33,348 nt of DNA from Microcystaceae cyanobacterium (lineage in GTDB: Bacteria; Cyanobacteriota; Cyanobacteriia; Cyanobacteriales; Microcystaceae). Shown one piece after another: positions 1 to 10,231 of this stretch. The notes beneath the pieces are model-generated. The model was not told where the DNA came from. It did not search any database and saw only the letters and a list, made by a program, of their open reading frames with translations. Position 1 is the stretch's first letter; the number at the start of each line of letters is the position of its first letter. Location: the NCBI GenBank assembly GCA_041746575.1, contig JBGTGT010000090.1, forward strand, positions 1 to 33,348, read 5' to 3'. Both the position numbers and the translations under genes were made by a program.

Positions 1-187
1 CTAAGCCGTGGGTGTACCATGAACTGACGAAGGTGGTTCCGGTTAACCATCCCCCCAACGCTAAGTAGGCACAGGGGAATAATAATAAACCTGACCAACC
101 AACGAAAACGAAGCGATCGCGCTTTAGCCAGTCGTCGAGGGTATCAAACCACCCTCTTTCTGGGGCGCGTCCCACTGCAATAGTCAT
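1..187 (-). CDS. psbD: Photosystem II D2 protein, 5' part (runs off window start)
   Basis: Reverse strand from ATG at 187 reads [62 protein letters not shown], the canonical D2 N-terminus; not in ORF track. Confidence 0.98.
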   Translation of the reverse strand, partial: MTIAVGRAPERGWFDTLDDWLKRDRFVFVGWSGLLLFPCAYLALGGWLTGTTFVSSWYTHGL

Positions 188-498
188 CAGAATCTAATCC
201 TTTCGCTTAACAGCAATTTGATGGCAAGATTTATCAAGGTTTGTCAGTCATACAAGTCCTATTCTCTTATAGGATGAGACCGTTGAAAACCCGTTCCGTT
301 ATTGAACTTGTTTTCACAGGCGGGGAAATGCCTTTCCCCTTTGCTTTTGGGGTTTTCTTAAAGCGAAGACCTTTGCCATTGTCCCTCACGGGAGGGTTAA
401 TCCTCAAGGGGAGGCGTTCGGCTAGGGTTAAGCTATCTTTAACATTATTAGCAAAAAATTTACAATTTGACACATCCTTTCTCATAATACTGAAAACT

Positions 499-1311
499 TT
501 ATGACTGAGAGGGGGGTTCAAAATCGTCATAAATTCGAGCCGCAATCAATTGTCCTTCGTCGTTCTGCTGATAAATAGCGATTCCAGCCTGATGAGGGAC
601 AGTAAAATCTCCCAAACGGATGATGTTGTACTCAATTGCACAGTTTTCGCAATTTTCAGTTACACAGCAATGATCTAAATGCGCCCCACCACCAAAGGAA
701 AATAAAAAATTATAAAATTGTGTTAGACCGGCTAGTCCTTGACAAACGTAGTCCTCGCCACTGGGTTGCTGAACGTAAGCTTTTTCTACGTCAAATGACG
801 CAAGAATCGCCGCTAAATCGCCTTTTGTTAAGGCATCTTGATAGCGTTGAACTGCAATGGGTAACCGTAAAGCTGGATTTTTAGCTAATAAAGGAGGTCT
901 AATGCGATGAGACTGAAATAAAAGCCAAGTAGTGTGGTAAATCCTCACTCGCACTAATTTTTTCGTAATGGGATGATGTTCTCCTACCATGGCAACGGGC
1001 AATTTTTTGAGAGTTCCCTTAATACTTAGGGGAATCAAACTTTCAACCACCACCCGATGGCAAGAATCATCAGAATCTTGAATCGTTGCGATGATCTCAA
1101 TGCCGGTGGAATAGGGAGATAGCCATTGCTCAAAAGCATCGAAAAATTGGTTCAAACCCTCTATTCCCACCATTTTCCCTAAAACAGGATCGTCAATTGT
1201 CGGGGACAGTGTGCCTTCTGTGGCAAATAAATTGAGAAATTCGTCTCTTTTTCGAGTCTTAAACGGCTCAAAGAAGTGAGTTAGAGATAATGGCATAAGT
1301 TTAACGCTCAC
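499..1311 (-). CDS. Tandem NTF2/SnoaL-like domain protein
   Basis: 270 aa; two ~120-aa halves, each with the SnoaL-like pattern (LNLFA..DDPV.G...GIEGLNQFF; LASFD..QQPSG....GLAGLTQFY) and ending in VRIY / ARIYDD. Confidence 0.65.
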   Translation of the reverse strand: MSVKLMPLSLTHFFEPFKTRKRDEFLNLFATEGTLSPTIDDPVLGKMVGIEGLNQFFDAFEQWLSPYSTGIEIIATIQDSDDSCHRVVVESLIPLSIKGTLKKLPVAMVGEHHPITKKLVRVRIYHTTWLLFQSHRIRPPLLAKNPALRLPIAVQRYQDALTKGDLAAILASFDVEKAYVQQPSGEDYVCQGLAGLTQFYNFLFSFGGGAHLDHCCVTENCENCAIEYNIIRLGDFTVPHQAGIAIYQQNDEGQLIAARIYDDFEPPSQS

Positions 1312-1465
1312 AAAAAAAAGGAGACGATGGCAAAAGAATGACGCTATCTCACTGGACTAGCGGTAAAAGTTTATGTTACTTTGAAATATACTAAAAATTT
1401 GTGCAATCTGCTTGATCTCCGTCTAAAATAATAACGATAAATGGCGTAAAACGACAAAACTTAAA

Positions 1466-1882
1466 ATGACCTTTTTAGAGAATTATCGCCCCAAACAGCT
1501 TTCGTTAGGTCCTTTAGAGACAGAAATTCTTAACATCGTCTGGGATCTTAGTGCCGCAACCGTTAAAGACGTTCATGACCACATTTTGGCGGATCCTGAT
1601 CGAGAATTAGCCTATACCTCCGTCACCACCGTACTCAATCGCTTGACTCAAAAAGGATGGTTACGCTGTCAAAAGGAAGGACGAGCCTTTCGTTGGATGC
1701 CCTTAATTTCTCGTCAACAAGCCGAAGCCATAAAGGCGTATGAGCAATTACACCAATTTTTAGCTGTGAATAATCCGGACACGGTGGCGGCCTTTGCCGA
1801 TCAGCTAGATACAGCCAGTATTGAACGCTTAGAAGCGATCGCTTTACGCTTAAAAACCATTCGTCAACAACGGAAAGGATAA
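1466..1882 (+). CDS. BlaI/MecI/CopY family transcriptional repressor
   Basis: LGPLETEILNIVW...TVKDVH...LAYTSVTTVLNRLTQKGWL...EGRAFRW winged-HTH signature. Confidence 0.93.
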   Translation: MTFLENYRPKQLSLGPLETEILNIVWDLSAATVKDVHDHILADPDRELAYTSVTTVLNRLTQKGWLRCQKEGRAFRWMPLISRQQAEAIKAYEQLHQFLAVNNPDTVAAFADQLDTASIERLEAIALRLKTIRQQRKG

Positions 1883-1889
1883 CCCAATT

Positions 1890-2741
1890 ATGCACCTGTT
1901 GCTCCTTTCAATCGCTTTAATTATCACAGGGGGAATGCGTTATTTTTTCTCTCAGAAAGTCGGCAAGACGTGGAACGAACGCTGGGAAAATGCCCTTTTT
2001 GCTTTGATTTTTCCGCCCTTATTTTTAATCATTACGGCGTTTTCTGTGTTTTGGATGGGACATCACGGTCAGATGTTAGGGTTTCACGCCAGTCGTTGGG
2101 GATGTCATTTGGCGATCGCTTTTTTAGGATGGGGCAGTCTGGTGTTAGGATATCAAGTTTATCGTAGTTATCAAACTTTAGATAAAATCAAAAAATATCC
2201 GACGATTCAATTAGAAAACACGTCAGCGAGATTAATTAAAAGTGATTTGCTCTATAGCGCACAAATTGGCTTTTGGCAATCAGAGTTAGTGATCAGCCAA
2301 GGGTTATTAGACGCATTAGACAATGACCATTTAAAAGCTGTTTTATGCCACGAAACTGCCCATTCCATGTACAAAGATACCTTTTGGTTTTTTGGGTTAG
2401 GTTATTTACATACCTTAACTTCATGGCTTCCTTATTCTCAAAAATTATGGCGCGAATTATTACTTTTAAGAGAAATTAGAGCCGATCAAGTAGCTCTTAA
2501 AACGGTTGATTCTCTGATTTTAGCAGAATCACTATTAGAAGTCGCTCAACTTTCAGCAAATCCGTTTTCCCGAAATCCTAGCATTGCCACTTTTAATCAG
2601 GATGATCTAGAAAACCGTTTAGAACAACGAATAGATGCCATTCTTAATCCTTCTTCTCCATGGCCGTCTTTTTCCTGCCATAGCGGTCTTTGGTTACTCG
2701 GAATTTTTGTACCTTTATTAACCATTCCTTTTCATCATTGA
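1890..2741 (+). CDS. M56 family (BlaR1-like) membrane zinc metallopeptidase
   Basis: TM helices, HETAH (HExxH) motif, downstream REIRAD motif; follows BlaI gene. Confidence 0.9.
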   Translation: MHLLLLSIALIITGGMRYFFSQKVGKTWNERWENALFALIFPPLFLIITAFSVFWMGHHGQMLGFHASRWGCHLAIAFLGWGSLVLGYQVYRSYQTLDKIKKYPTIQLENTSARLIKSDLLYSAQIGFWQSELVISQGLLDALDNDHLKAVLCHETAHSMYKDTFWFFGLGYLHTLTSWLPYSQKLWRELLLLREIRADQVALKTVDSLILAESLLEVAQLSANPFSRNPSIATFNQDDLENRLEQRIDAILNPSSPWPSFSCHSGLWLLGIFVPLLTIPFHH

Positions 2742-2766
2742 ACGATTATTTCTTTTAGCTTAGAAA

Positions 2767-3243
2767 ATGAATTCCTTACCTGAAATCAATCAAGCCACAC
2801 CAACCTTTGAAGCAGGGGATCAAAACGGCTCAAGAGTGACGTTAGAGCAATTTGCAAATCAATGGTTAATTCTTTATTTTTACCCCAAAGATAACACGCC
2901 GGGATGCACCACAGAAGCAAAAGAATTTAGCCAATTTTTAGAGGAGTTCAAAGCTCTCGGTGCTAACATTGTAGGGGTAAGTCCTGACTCTGAAAAGTCC
3001 CATTGTAAATTTATTGAAAAGCATGATCTAGCCATTCAGTTATTGAGTGATCCTGACCATAAAATAGCTGAAAGTTATGGTGTTTGGGGATTGAAAAAAT
3101 TTATGGGTAAAGAATATATGGGGATTATTCGTTCAACTTTTCTGATTAACCCACAGGGAGAGATTGCCTATATTTGGACAAAAGTAAAAATTAAAGGTCA
3201 TGTTGAAATTGTATTAAATCAATTAAAAAAATTAGCCCTTTAG
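2767..3243 (+). CDS. bcp: Thioredoxin-dependent peroxiredoxin (Bcp/PrxQ)
   Basis: LYFYPKDNTPGCTTEA active-site motif; GVSPDS; RSTFLINPQG. Confidence 0.95.
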   Translation: MNSLPEINQATPTFEAGDQNGSRVTLEQFANQWLILYFYPKDNTPGCTTEAKEFSQFLEEFKALGANIVGVSPDSEKSHCKFIEKHDLAIQLLSDPDHKIAESYGVWGLKKFMGKEYMGIIRSTFLINPQGEIAYIWTKVKIKGHVEIVLNQLKKLAL

Positions 3244-3592
3244 CTTTATCTTATTTTTTTTTCGATCTATCCCTTAAAAATAAAAAATAGGGGTATGAAC
3301 CTTAAATACTATGATTTTTCTCTTTCTTCGCAGACTAATAGTACTATACCATTAGTAATTTTAGCAAAAACAAAAACTTTCAGTCTTCATCCTGCGCTCA
3401 GCACATTCATTTTTGAATCATTCCGTGTTCTATTCCCAAGGAGATAGGGGTAGCATAATTTTCCCTCTTTAAAATTCTTGTTGTTCCTGATGCGCTGACC
3501 CCTTATAAAATTAGGAAAATCTTTAGATTTCCCCTGCCTTCAAAATTTGATCTTACCCTAGATTAATAACAAGTGTCTTAAAGGAATCAACA

Positions 3593-3904
3593 ATGGATAA
3601 AGACGTTCAGAGATATCGCATGGTGTGTGACCTGCAATTTGGAGATATTTATGGCCAGATTATTATCTGGTTAATCGTGATTTTTATCACCCTCGCATCG
3701 GCCTTTGCCTTGTGGAGTACAACCCGTCAAGCTTATGCCTTAGCGGTAGTAGGGATGGTGGTTGTTATTTCTTTTCCTTTCCTCCTATTTACCTTTGTCA
3801 CAACCCTATTTAATCATATTGAGTTTGTGCCGATGGAAGAAGCGGACAAAACCCCTAAACTCAGACCAACCAAAACAGGAAGAACGGCCGAAGTCCCCAG
3901 TTAA
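3593..3904 (+). CDS. Small two-TM hypothetical membrane protein
   Basis: 103-aa ORF with two hydrophobic helices and AAGGA RBS upstream. Confidence 0.7.
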   Translation: MDKDVQRYRMVCDLQFGDIYGQIIIWLIVIFITLASAFALWSTTRQAYALAVVGMVVVISFPFLLFTFVTTLFNHIEFVPMEEADKTPKLRPTKTGRTAEVPS

Positions 3905-3924
3905 CCCCAAAAGGCTTAAGATTA

Positions 3925-3947
3925 TAGGGTGGGTTTTGCCCACCTTA
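3925..3947. repeat. REP-like palindrome / possible terminator hairpin
   Basis: TAGGGTGGGTTTTGCCCACCTTA inverted repeat, resembling cyanobacterial GGTGGGC..GCCCACC intergenic repeats. Confidence 0.5.
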
Positions 3948-3980
3948 TTTTTAGGTTCTTTGTTTCTTTTTATCCTCAAA

Positions 3981-4853
3981 ATGGTACAAGCAAAAATCGG
4001 CATTATCGGTGGTAGTGGACTGTATCAGATGGATGCTTTACAAAACATTCAAGAAGTACAGTTAGACACCCCTTTTGGTTCTCCTTCCGATGCGTTTATC
4101 GTAGGAGATTTAGAAGGAATTTCAGTAGCATTTTTAGCACGTCACGGACGAGATCACCGCTTATTACCGTCAGAATTGCCTTTTCGAGCCAATATTTATG
4201 GGATGAAACAGTTAGGCGTAGAATATATTATCTCTGCTTCGGCAGTAGGGTCTTTACGAGAAGCCGTTAAACCATTGGACTTAGTGATTCCTGACCAATT
4301 CATTGACCGTACCCGTTATCGGGTTTCTACCTTCTTTGGGGAGGGAATTGTCGCTCATATTAGCTTTGGTCACCCTGTGTGTCGTCACTTGGCTCAAATA
4401 CTAGCAGAATCAGCAGAAAGCTTGGATTTAGTCGATGCTGAAGTCCATCAAGGGGGAACCTATGTTTGCATGGAAGGGCCGGCTTTTTCGACCATTGCGG
4501 AATCGAATTTATACCGCAGTTGGGGGGCAACCGTCATCGGGATGACTAATTTGCCTGAAGCAAAACTTGCTAGAGAAGCAGAAATCGCCTATGCGACGTT
4601 AGCGTTAGTGACCGATTATGATTGTTGGCATCCTGACCATGATCACGTTACTGTTGAGATGGTGATTGATAATTTGCGCCGTAATGGTATTAACGCTCAA
4701 AAAGTGATTCAAGAAACGGTTAAAAAAATCCAACAATCTCTTTTTATTTCAGAAGCTCATTCCGCCTTAAAATATGCAATTCTTACGCCTGTTGATAAAA
4801 TTACACCCGAAGCCAAAAAACGACTTAAATTATTATTAAACAAATATCTATAA
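3981..4853 (+). CDS. mtnP: S-methyl-5'-thioadenosine phosphorylase
   Basis: Start reassigned to ATG 3981 ([15 protein letters not shown]); motifs [42 protein letters not shown]. Confidence 0.95.
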   Translation: MVQAKIGIIGGSGLYQMDALQNIQEVQLDTPFGSPSDAFIVGDLEGISVAFLARHGRDHRLLPSELPFRANIYGMKQLGVEYIISASAVGSLREAVKPLDLVIPDQFIDRTRYRVSTFFGEGIVAHISFGHPVCRHLAQILAESAESLDLVDAEVHQGGTYVCMEGPAFSTIAESNLYRSWGATVIGMTNLPEAKLAREAEIAYATLALVTDYDCWHPDHDHVTVEMVIDNLRRNGINAQKVIQETVKKIQQSLFISEAHSALKYAILTPVDKITPEAKKRLKLLLNKYL

Positions 4854-4945
4854 AAATTGAATACGATCAAGACCCTTTTAATTCATTTTAGCGATCAACT
4901 CCTAAAATAAAAAAAATATCGTCATGTTTATGGATTGAAAATACT

Positions 4946-5437
4946 TTGTCTAATTCTACTGCTCATAACAAATCCCTATCCCCCACTCGCGCCATCATCC
5001 CCAAAGATGACTTAAATGCTACTACCGACAAGTGGTTTGAATATTCCGTCAAAGTCTATCCCCACCACACTGATTATAATGGTGCAGTCTGGCATGGAAC
5101 GTACATCACTTGGCTAGAAGAAGCAAGGGTAGAATGCCTACAAACAATTGGTGTAAATTACGCCGATTTAGTGACTCAAGGCTGTGAATTGCCCGTGGTT
5201 GATTTATCTATCCGATTTCATCGGGCTATTCGTTTAGGAGAAGAAATCCTCATTAAAGCGAGGATGCTAGAAATGACAAGAGTCAGACTCAATTGGGATT
5301 ACCGTATAGAGTCGCGGAATGGTCAACAATTATATGCTACAGCTAAGGTTACTTTAGTGGCAATTGACCGAGAGAAAGGCAAAATTATGAGACAACTACC
5401 GCCCAGCGTTAAGGATATTTTAGTTAAATGGGTTTAA
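4946..5437 (+). CDS. Hotdog-fold acyl-CoA thioesterase (4HBT/YbgC family)
   Basis: VYPHHTDYNGAVWHGTYITWLEEAR motif. Confidence 0.88.
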   Translation: MSNSTAHNKSLSPTRAIIPKDDLNATTDKWFEYSVKVYPHHTDYNGAVWHGTYITWLEEARVECLQTIGVNYADLVTQGCELPVVDLSIRFHRAIRLGEEILIKARMLEMTRVRLNWDYRIESRNGQQLYATAKVTLVAIDREKGKIMRQLPPSVKDILVKWV

Positions 5438-5439
5438 AA

Positions 5440-5883
5440 TCACGCTAATTTTTCTAGTAATGAAATGTCTTGAGAATTGGCACTAGGATGAACACTAATA
5501 ATTTCCAACTTCGCCGATTGATGAGTATGATAATTGATAATTTTGTCTGCAATATTAGCCGCCTCTTCTACATTCGTACGAGGTAGCACTAATACTACTT
5601 TGTCATTAGAACTTAAACCGACAAAGTCTTCCGTTTGATGGCTAACAGAACGCATTATTTTTGTCAATTGAGCGAGACAAATTTGTATCTCAGAGGCATC
5701 CCCCATAACTTGACAAACAATCACCGATAAAGGAGCATTGTTTTCTGCCATTATCTGCCACAATTCGGCAATATAGTCCCGCAAACTCATTTTGAGACGA
5801 GACGGATGGCAAAAGTTAGAAGGCACAGAAGAGAGGAAATCCAAAGAAGTAAGGGAATGTTCAACAGTAGGGAGAGAAATCAT
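5440..5883 (-). CDS. Degenerate GGDEF-like domain protein
   Basis: PLSVIVCQV...EDFVGLSSNDKVVLVLPRTNVEEAANIADKI follows the GGDEF fold pattern, with the motif replaced by SSNDK. Confidence 0.6.
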   Translation of the reverse strand: MISLPTVEHSLTSLDFLSSVPSNFCHPSRLKMSLRDYIAELWQIMAENNAPLSVIVCQVMGDASEIQICLAQLTKIMRSVSHQTEDFVGLSSNDKVVLVLPRTNVEEAANIADKIINYHTHQSAKLEIISVHPSANSQDISLLEKLA

Positions 5884-6083
5884 ATCGTAAAATCACAACG
5901 GTTAGCTTTTGTTATCTCTTATTTTAGGTGTTACATTACTTTACAGTCTATGATGAGATCTGCGCCTTATGGTGATTTTGGGTTGCTTTAAAGTTGATAA
6001 AAAGCACTGATTGTAAGTGATCATCGTCATTGAGCCATTTAATAGTAACAAATAGCGACTTTTTCTAATTCAATCCTTTCTCT

Positions 6084-7541
6084 CTATTCATCCTTAGCTC
6101 CTGCTTGCTCGAGCAAATCAACAACTTCGGGATAGTTATTAAATTTTGCCAACATCAGGGCAGTATATCCCCCTTTATTGCGCTCATCTAACTGAACTTG
6201 TTGCGTATTTAATAATAATTGAACTGCCTCAATGTAACCGCGATGACTCGCCCACATGAGAGGGGTTGCTTGAGAAACATCCTTCGCATTGACATCAGCT
6301 CCGGCGATGATTAAACATTGCATGAGGGCTAAATTTCCCCAATCGGCTCCTTTCATCAGGCCTGTTTTACCATCTTGAAAAGGGATATCGGGATCAGCTT
6401 TTGCTTCTAGCAGTAAACGAACAATATTAAGATAATTTTGCGTAATTGCTAGGGTTAAAGGACTTTCATGTCCATTTTTGAGATTGGGATCTGCCCCTGC
6501 TTGTAATAAGTCTTGTACAATGTGTTCATATCCCTGTAAGGCGGCTATCATTAAAGAAGTATCGCCCATATAATTTCGTTGATCGGCGTTTGCCCCTGCC
6601 TTGAGTAAAATCTGCACAATTTCCCGATGATCTTCGACGGTGGCTAAGTGAAGGGCTGTTTCTCCATCTCTATCGGGTTTATTCACCTCAACTCCCATTC
6701 CTAGGAGAGTGGCGACCATCTCCAGATGTCCTTCTCCTGCGGCGAGAATAAGGGCATTATCAGGCATTTCAAGCCCCTTTTGCTGTAAAAGCTGCACTAG
6801 GTTAATATCGCCTCCTTCGATCGCATACGTTAGCCCATTGTTCCCTTCATCGTCCACGATCTTAAGCTCAGCACCCGCTTGGATTAACTGCCGAGTAATG
6901 GAGAGATTTTTGTGGGTAATCGCTTCAATAATGGGAGTATACCCTTGAAAATTAGGTTTATTGAGGTCAATTCCCCAATCAATTAAGAATTTCACCATCT
7001 CTTCATAGCCTTCTCGAATAGCAACTGTTAATGCGCCGATACCTAAATAAGGATCTGCCCCTTTTTCTAAGAGGAATCGCGTAATCTCCAGATTATTTGT
7101 TTTAATTACTAAATTTAATGCAGTATCGCCATCTTTATCTATAAGGTTAATATCTGCTCCATTTTCCCACAGCAACTTAACCATGTCAGCATAACCGCGA
7201 TAGGCCGCTATCATAAGGGCAGGTGTGCCATCTTGATTTATTTGATTAAGATTGGCCCCCGATTTGATTAGAAATTGAACCACCGTCAACTGATTAGCGG
7301 CAGTCGCAAACATTAAGGCAGTTATGCCATTAGGCGTTTGAACTTGGTTAATATTCGCCCCAAATTGAATGAGGATTTCTGCGATCGCTAAATGACCGCC
7401 AGCCGAAGCATACATCAAAGCAGTGGTATTCTTCTGATCGGTGATATTGGCATCAATTCCAGAATTTAAGGTTGTTTCTACCCCTTCTCTATCTCCCTGC
7501 ATAGCGGCTTGAATCAACCGTAATTCCTTTGGAGAAATCAT
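6084..7541 (-). CDS. Ankyrin repeat protein
   Basis: Many ~33-aa repeats of G.TALMxAA..G...VV..LL..GAD.N. Confidence 0.95.
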   Translation of the reverse strand: MISPKELRLIQAAMQGDREGVETTLNSGIDANITDQKNTTALMYASAGGHLAIAEILIQFGANINQVQTPNGITALMFATAANQLTVVQFLIKSGANLNQINQDGTPALMIAAYRGYADMVKLLWENGADINLIDKDGDTALNLVIKTNNLEITRFLLEKGADPYLGIGALTVAIREGYEEMVKFLIDWGIDLNKPNFQGYTPIIEAITHKNLSITRQLIQAGAELKIVDDEGNNGLTYAIEGGDINLVQLLQQKGLEMPDNALILAAGEGHLEMVATLLGMGVEVNKPDRDGETALHLATVEDHREIVQILLKAGANADQRNYMGDTSLMIAALQGYEHIVQDLLQAGADPNLKNGHESPLTLAITQNYLNIVRLLLEAKADPDIPFQDGKTGLMKGADWGNLALMQCLIIAGADVNAKDVSQATPLMWASHRGYIEAVQLLLNTQQVQLDERNKGGYTALMLAKFNNYPEVVDLLEQAGAKDE

Positions 7542-7805
7542 GCGTTTGCCCCCAATTCCTTCGCTTTAACCCTTCTATGTCTAAGCGTAAAGGAATTTGG
7601 CACAAAAAAATGATTAAGATATATTTTTTAATGGGTTATCACTCTCCGTTAATGATTCTGGGAATCCTGTAAAATTCCTAACAAAAATCCCTTTTTTTGA
7701 CAGAGCCCCTTATAATTTTTGGGTTAGAGTTTCAGTAAAAAAGGGTCAAAGCCCTCGAAAGATTTAGCTATCTTAACTTAGTTGAAGATAAAGGAGAAAA
7801 AATTC

Positions 7806-10181
7806 ATGCCTCTCGATGAATATAAACCCGGAACTGCTTTTCCCGGTGTCATTGGACGAACGGCCGACGTTTCAACCCCCGCCTGGCCAGAACCGAACCG
7901 CGCTAAAGAAGGTGCGCCTAATGTTCTGTTTATTGTCTTAGACGATATGGGTTTTGGTCAACTGGGTTGTTATGGAAGTCCTATTAAAACGCCGAATTTC
8001 GATGCTTTAGCGGCGGATGGCTTACGCTATACCAATATGCACACCACCGCTCTTTGTTCCCCTTCTCGTTCTTGTATGATTACAGGACGTAACCATCACT
8101 CTAATGGTCTTGCTTGTATTACGGAAGGATCAATGGGTTATCCTGGGTCAAATGGTTATATTCCCTTTGAAAATGGCTTTTTATCCGAAATTCTTTTGCA
8201 GAAGGGCTATAACACCTATGCAGTTGGGAAATGGCACTTAACCCCCGCCGAACAAACCAGTGCGGCAGGTCCTTATGATCGTTGGCCGTTAGGACGGGGT
8301 TTTGAGCGTTATTATGGCTTTTTAGGGGGAGATACCCATCAATATTACCCTGAACTGGTGCGAGATAACACCCAAGTTGAACCCGAAAAGACCCCAGAGG
8401 AAGGTTATCATTTAACAGTGGATTTGGTAGAAAAAGCTAAAGCAATGATTGCCGATTCTAAGCAAATTGCCCCCAATAAGCCCTTTTTTATGTATTTCTG
8501 CACTGGTGCAATGCATGCCCCCCATCATGTGCCGAAAGAATGGGCAGATAAGTATAAAGGTCAATTTGATGACGGTTGGGATGCCTATCGAGAGAAAGTC
8601 TTCGCTAAACAGCAAGAAATGGGCATTATTCCCTCCAATACGGTGTTATCTCGCCATGATCCGGATGTGCAGGATTGGAATTCTCTCTCCGATGATGAAC
8701 GGAGATTATACGCCCGCATGATGGAGGTTTTTGCCGGATTTTTAGAACATACCGACCATTACATCGGTGAATTAATCCAGTTTCTCAAAGATTTAGGGGA
8801 ATACGAAAATACCCTTATTATGGTGATTTCCGATAATGGGGCAAGTGCTGAGGGAGGCCCCACGGGTTCAGTCAATGAAGGGAAGTTTTTTAACAATGTA
8901 CCCGATAATTTAGCACAAAATCTCGCCGCCATCGACGATATTGGAGGGCCGAAATACTTTAATCATTATCCATGGGGTTGGACTCATGCCGGAAACACCC
9001 CCTTCCGTCGTTGGAAACGGGAAACCTATCGAGGGGGAACAAGTGATCCCTTTATCGTCTGTTGGCCGCAAGAAATTGCCGCCAAAGGAGAAATTCGGAC
9101 GCAATATGCCCACGCCATTGATCTCGTTCCCACCGTTTTAGAGGCGTTAGGGCTTGAAGCACCAACCACAATTCGGGGTGTGACTCAGTCTTCCCTTGAG
9201 GGATTTAGCCTAGCAGATTCTTTCAAGGATGCCGATGCTCCCAATAAGCATATTACTCAGTATTTCGAGATGTTTGGTCATCGATCGCTCTATCATGACG
9301 GTTGGCGGGCGGTTTGTCCTTGGCCAGGAACGTCTTTTACGGAGTCTAATTTGACATTTGGTGCGCCGATTTCTTACGAAAAGCTAATTGAATTGGATGC
9401 TCACGGGTGGGAATTGTATAATTTGACTGAAGATCCCGCAGAAACAAATAATTTAGCGGAAACAGAGCGTGATGCCGAAGGCACGTTTCGCGCACGCTTA
9501 ATCGCCATGATTGGGATGTGGTACGTTGAAGCCGGAAAATACAACGTTTTACCGATTGATAGTCGGGGAACAGCCAGATTTGCGGAAGAACGTCCTCAAA
9601 TTGCCCCTGATCGCAAACGTTATACTTATTATTCCGGTACGCAGGTTGTACCTGGTAATGCTGCACCACGAGTTTTAAATTGCGCTCATTCGATTTCTGT
9701 TGAAGCTTTTGTACCAGAAACAGGAGCTGAAGGGGTTCTATTCAGTATGGGAGGTAATGATGGCGGATTTTCCTTCTATGTGCAGGATGGCAAGTTAACC
9801 TACGGTTACAACTATGTAGCAGATACTTATTTTAAAGTAGAGTCATCCCAACCCTTACCCAGTGGTCATCATATTTTTAGTGTTCAGTTTGAACCCACCG
9901 GTGAGGCAGATATTGCCAAAGGAAAGGGAACACCGGCAAAAATTACCCTTTTAATTGATGGGCATCCCGTAGGCGAAGGGGATCTTCCTGTTACGATTCC
10001 TTTACAGCTTGGTCTAGCGGCTGGCGTGGCAATTGGGTCCGATCCCGGCTCTCCCACGATGCTGGATTATCAACCTCCCTTTAAGTTTACAGGCACAGTG
10101 AAAAAAGCCCTTGTAGATGTAACAGGGGAAGCAGTAGAAGACTATGAAGCAAAAATGCGGATGTATTTAGCTCGTCAGTAG
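7806..10181 (+). CDS. Cys-type arylsulfatase (formylglycine-dependent)
   Basis: Likely start ATG 7806 after AAGGAG RBS; PNVLFIVLDDMGF, CSPSR (CxPxR), ITGR, VGKWHL, SDNG motifs. Confidence 0.93.
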   Translation: MPLDEYKPGTAFPGVIGRTADVSTPAWPEPNRAKEGAPNVLFIVLDDMGFGQLGCYGSPIKTPNFDALAADGLRYTNMHTTALCSPSRSCMITGRNHHSNGLACITEGSMGYPGSNGYIPFENGFLSEILLQKGYNTYAVGKWHLTPAEQTSAAGPYDRWPLGRGFERYYGFLGGDTHQYYPELVRDNTQVEPEKTPEEGYHLTVDLVEKAKAMIADSKQIAPNKPFFMYFCTGAMHAPHHVPKEWADKYKGQFDDGWDAYREKVFAKQQEMGIIPSNTVLSRHDPDVQDWNSLSDDERRLYARMMEVFAGFLEHTDHYIGELIQFLKDLGEYENTLIMVISDNGASAEGGPTGSVNEGKFFNNVPDNLAQNLAAIDDIGGPKYFNHYPWGWTHAGNTPFRRWKRETYRGGTSDPFIVCWPQEIAAKGEIRTQYAHAIDLVPTVLEALGLEAPTTIRGVTQSSLEGFSLADSFKDADAPNKHITQYFEMFGHRSLYHDGWRAVCPWPGTSFTESNLTFGAPISYEKLIELDAHGWELYNLTEDPAETNNLAETERDAEGTFRARLIAMIGMWYVEAGKYNVLPIDSRGTARFAEERPQIAPDRKRYTYYSGTQVVPGNAAPRVLNCAHSISVEAFVPETGAEGVLFSMGGNDGGFSFYVQDGKLTYGYNYVADTYFKVESSQPLPSGHHIFSVQFEPTGEADIAKGKGTPAKITLLIDGHPVGEGDLPVTIPLQLGLAAGVAIGSDPGSPTMLDYQPPFKFTGTVKKALVDVTGEAVEDYEAKMRMYLARQ

Positions 10182-10231
10182 GTTTTATGGCTCAGTTGAT
10201 CGCTCTCTATCTGGGGGGCGATCGCTTTTTA

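Noticed and set aside
436..475. HLR1/RpaB site upstream of psbD
   Set aside because: TTACA-like half-sites present but spacing does not fit the direct-repeat consensus
241..545. ORFs 241-504 (+) and 267-545 (-)
   Set aside because: Overlap each other in the psbD promoter/leader region; no recognisable protein features
3762..3980. N-terminal extension of mtnP in the ORF track
   Set aside because: Overlaps the upstream gene and a hairpin; family homology starts at ATG 3981
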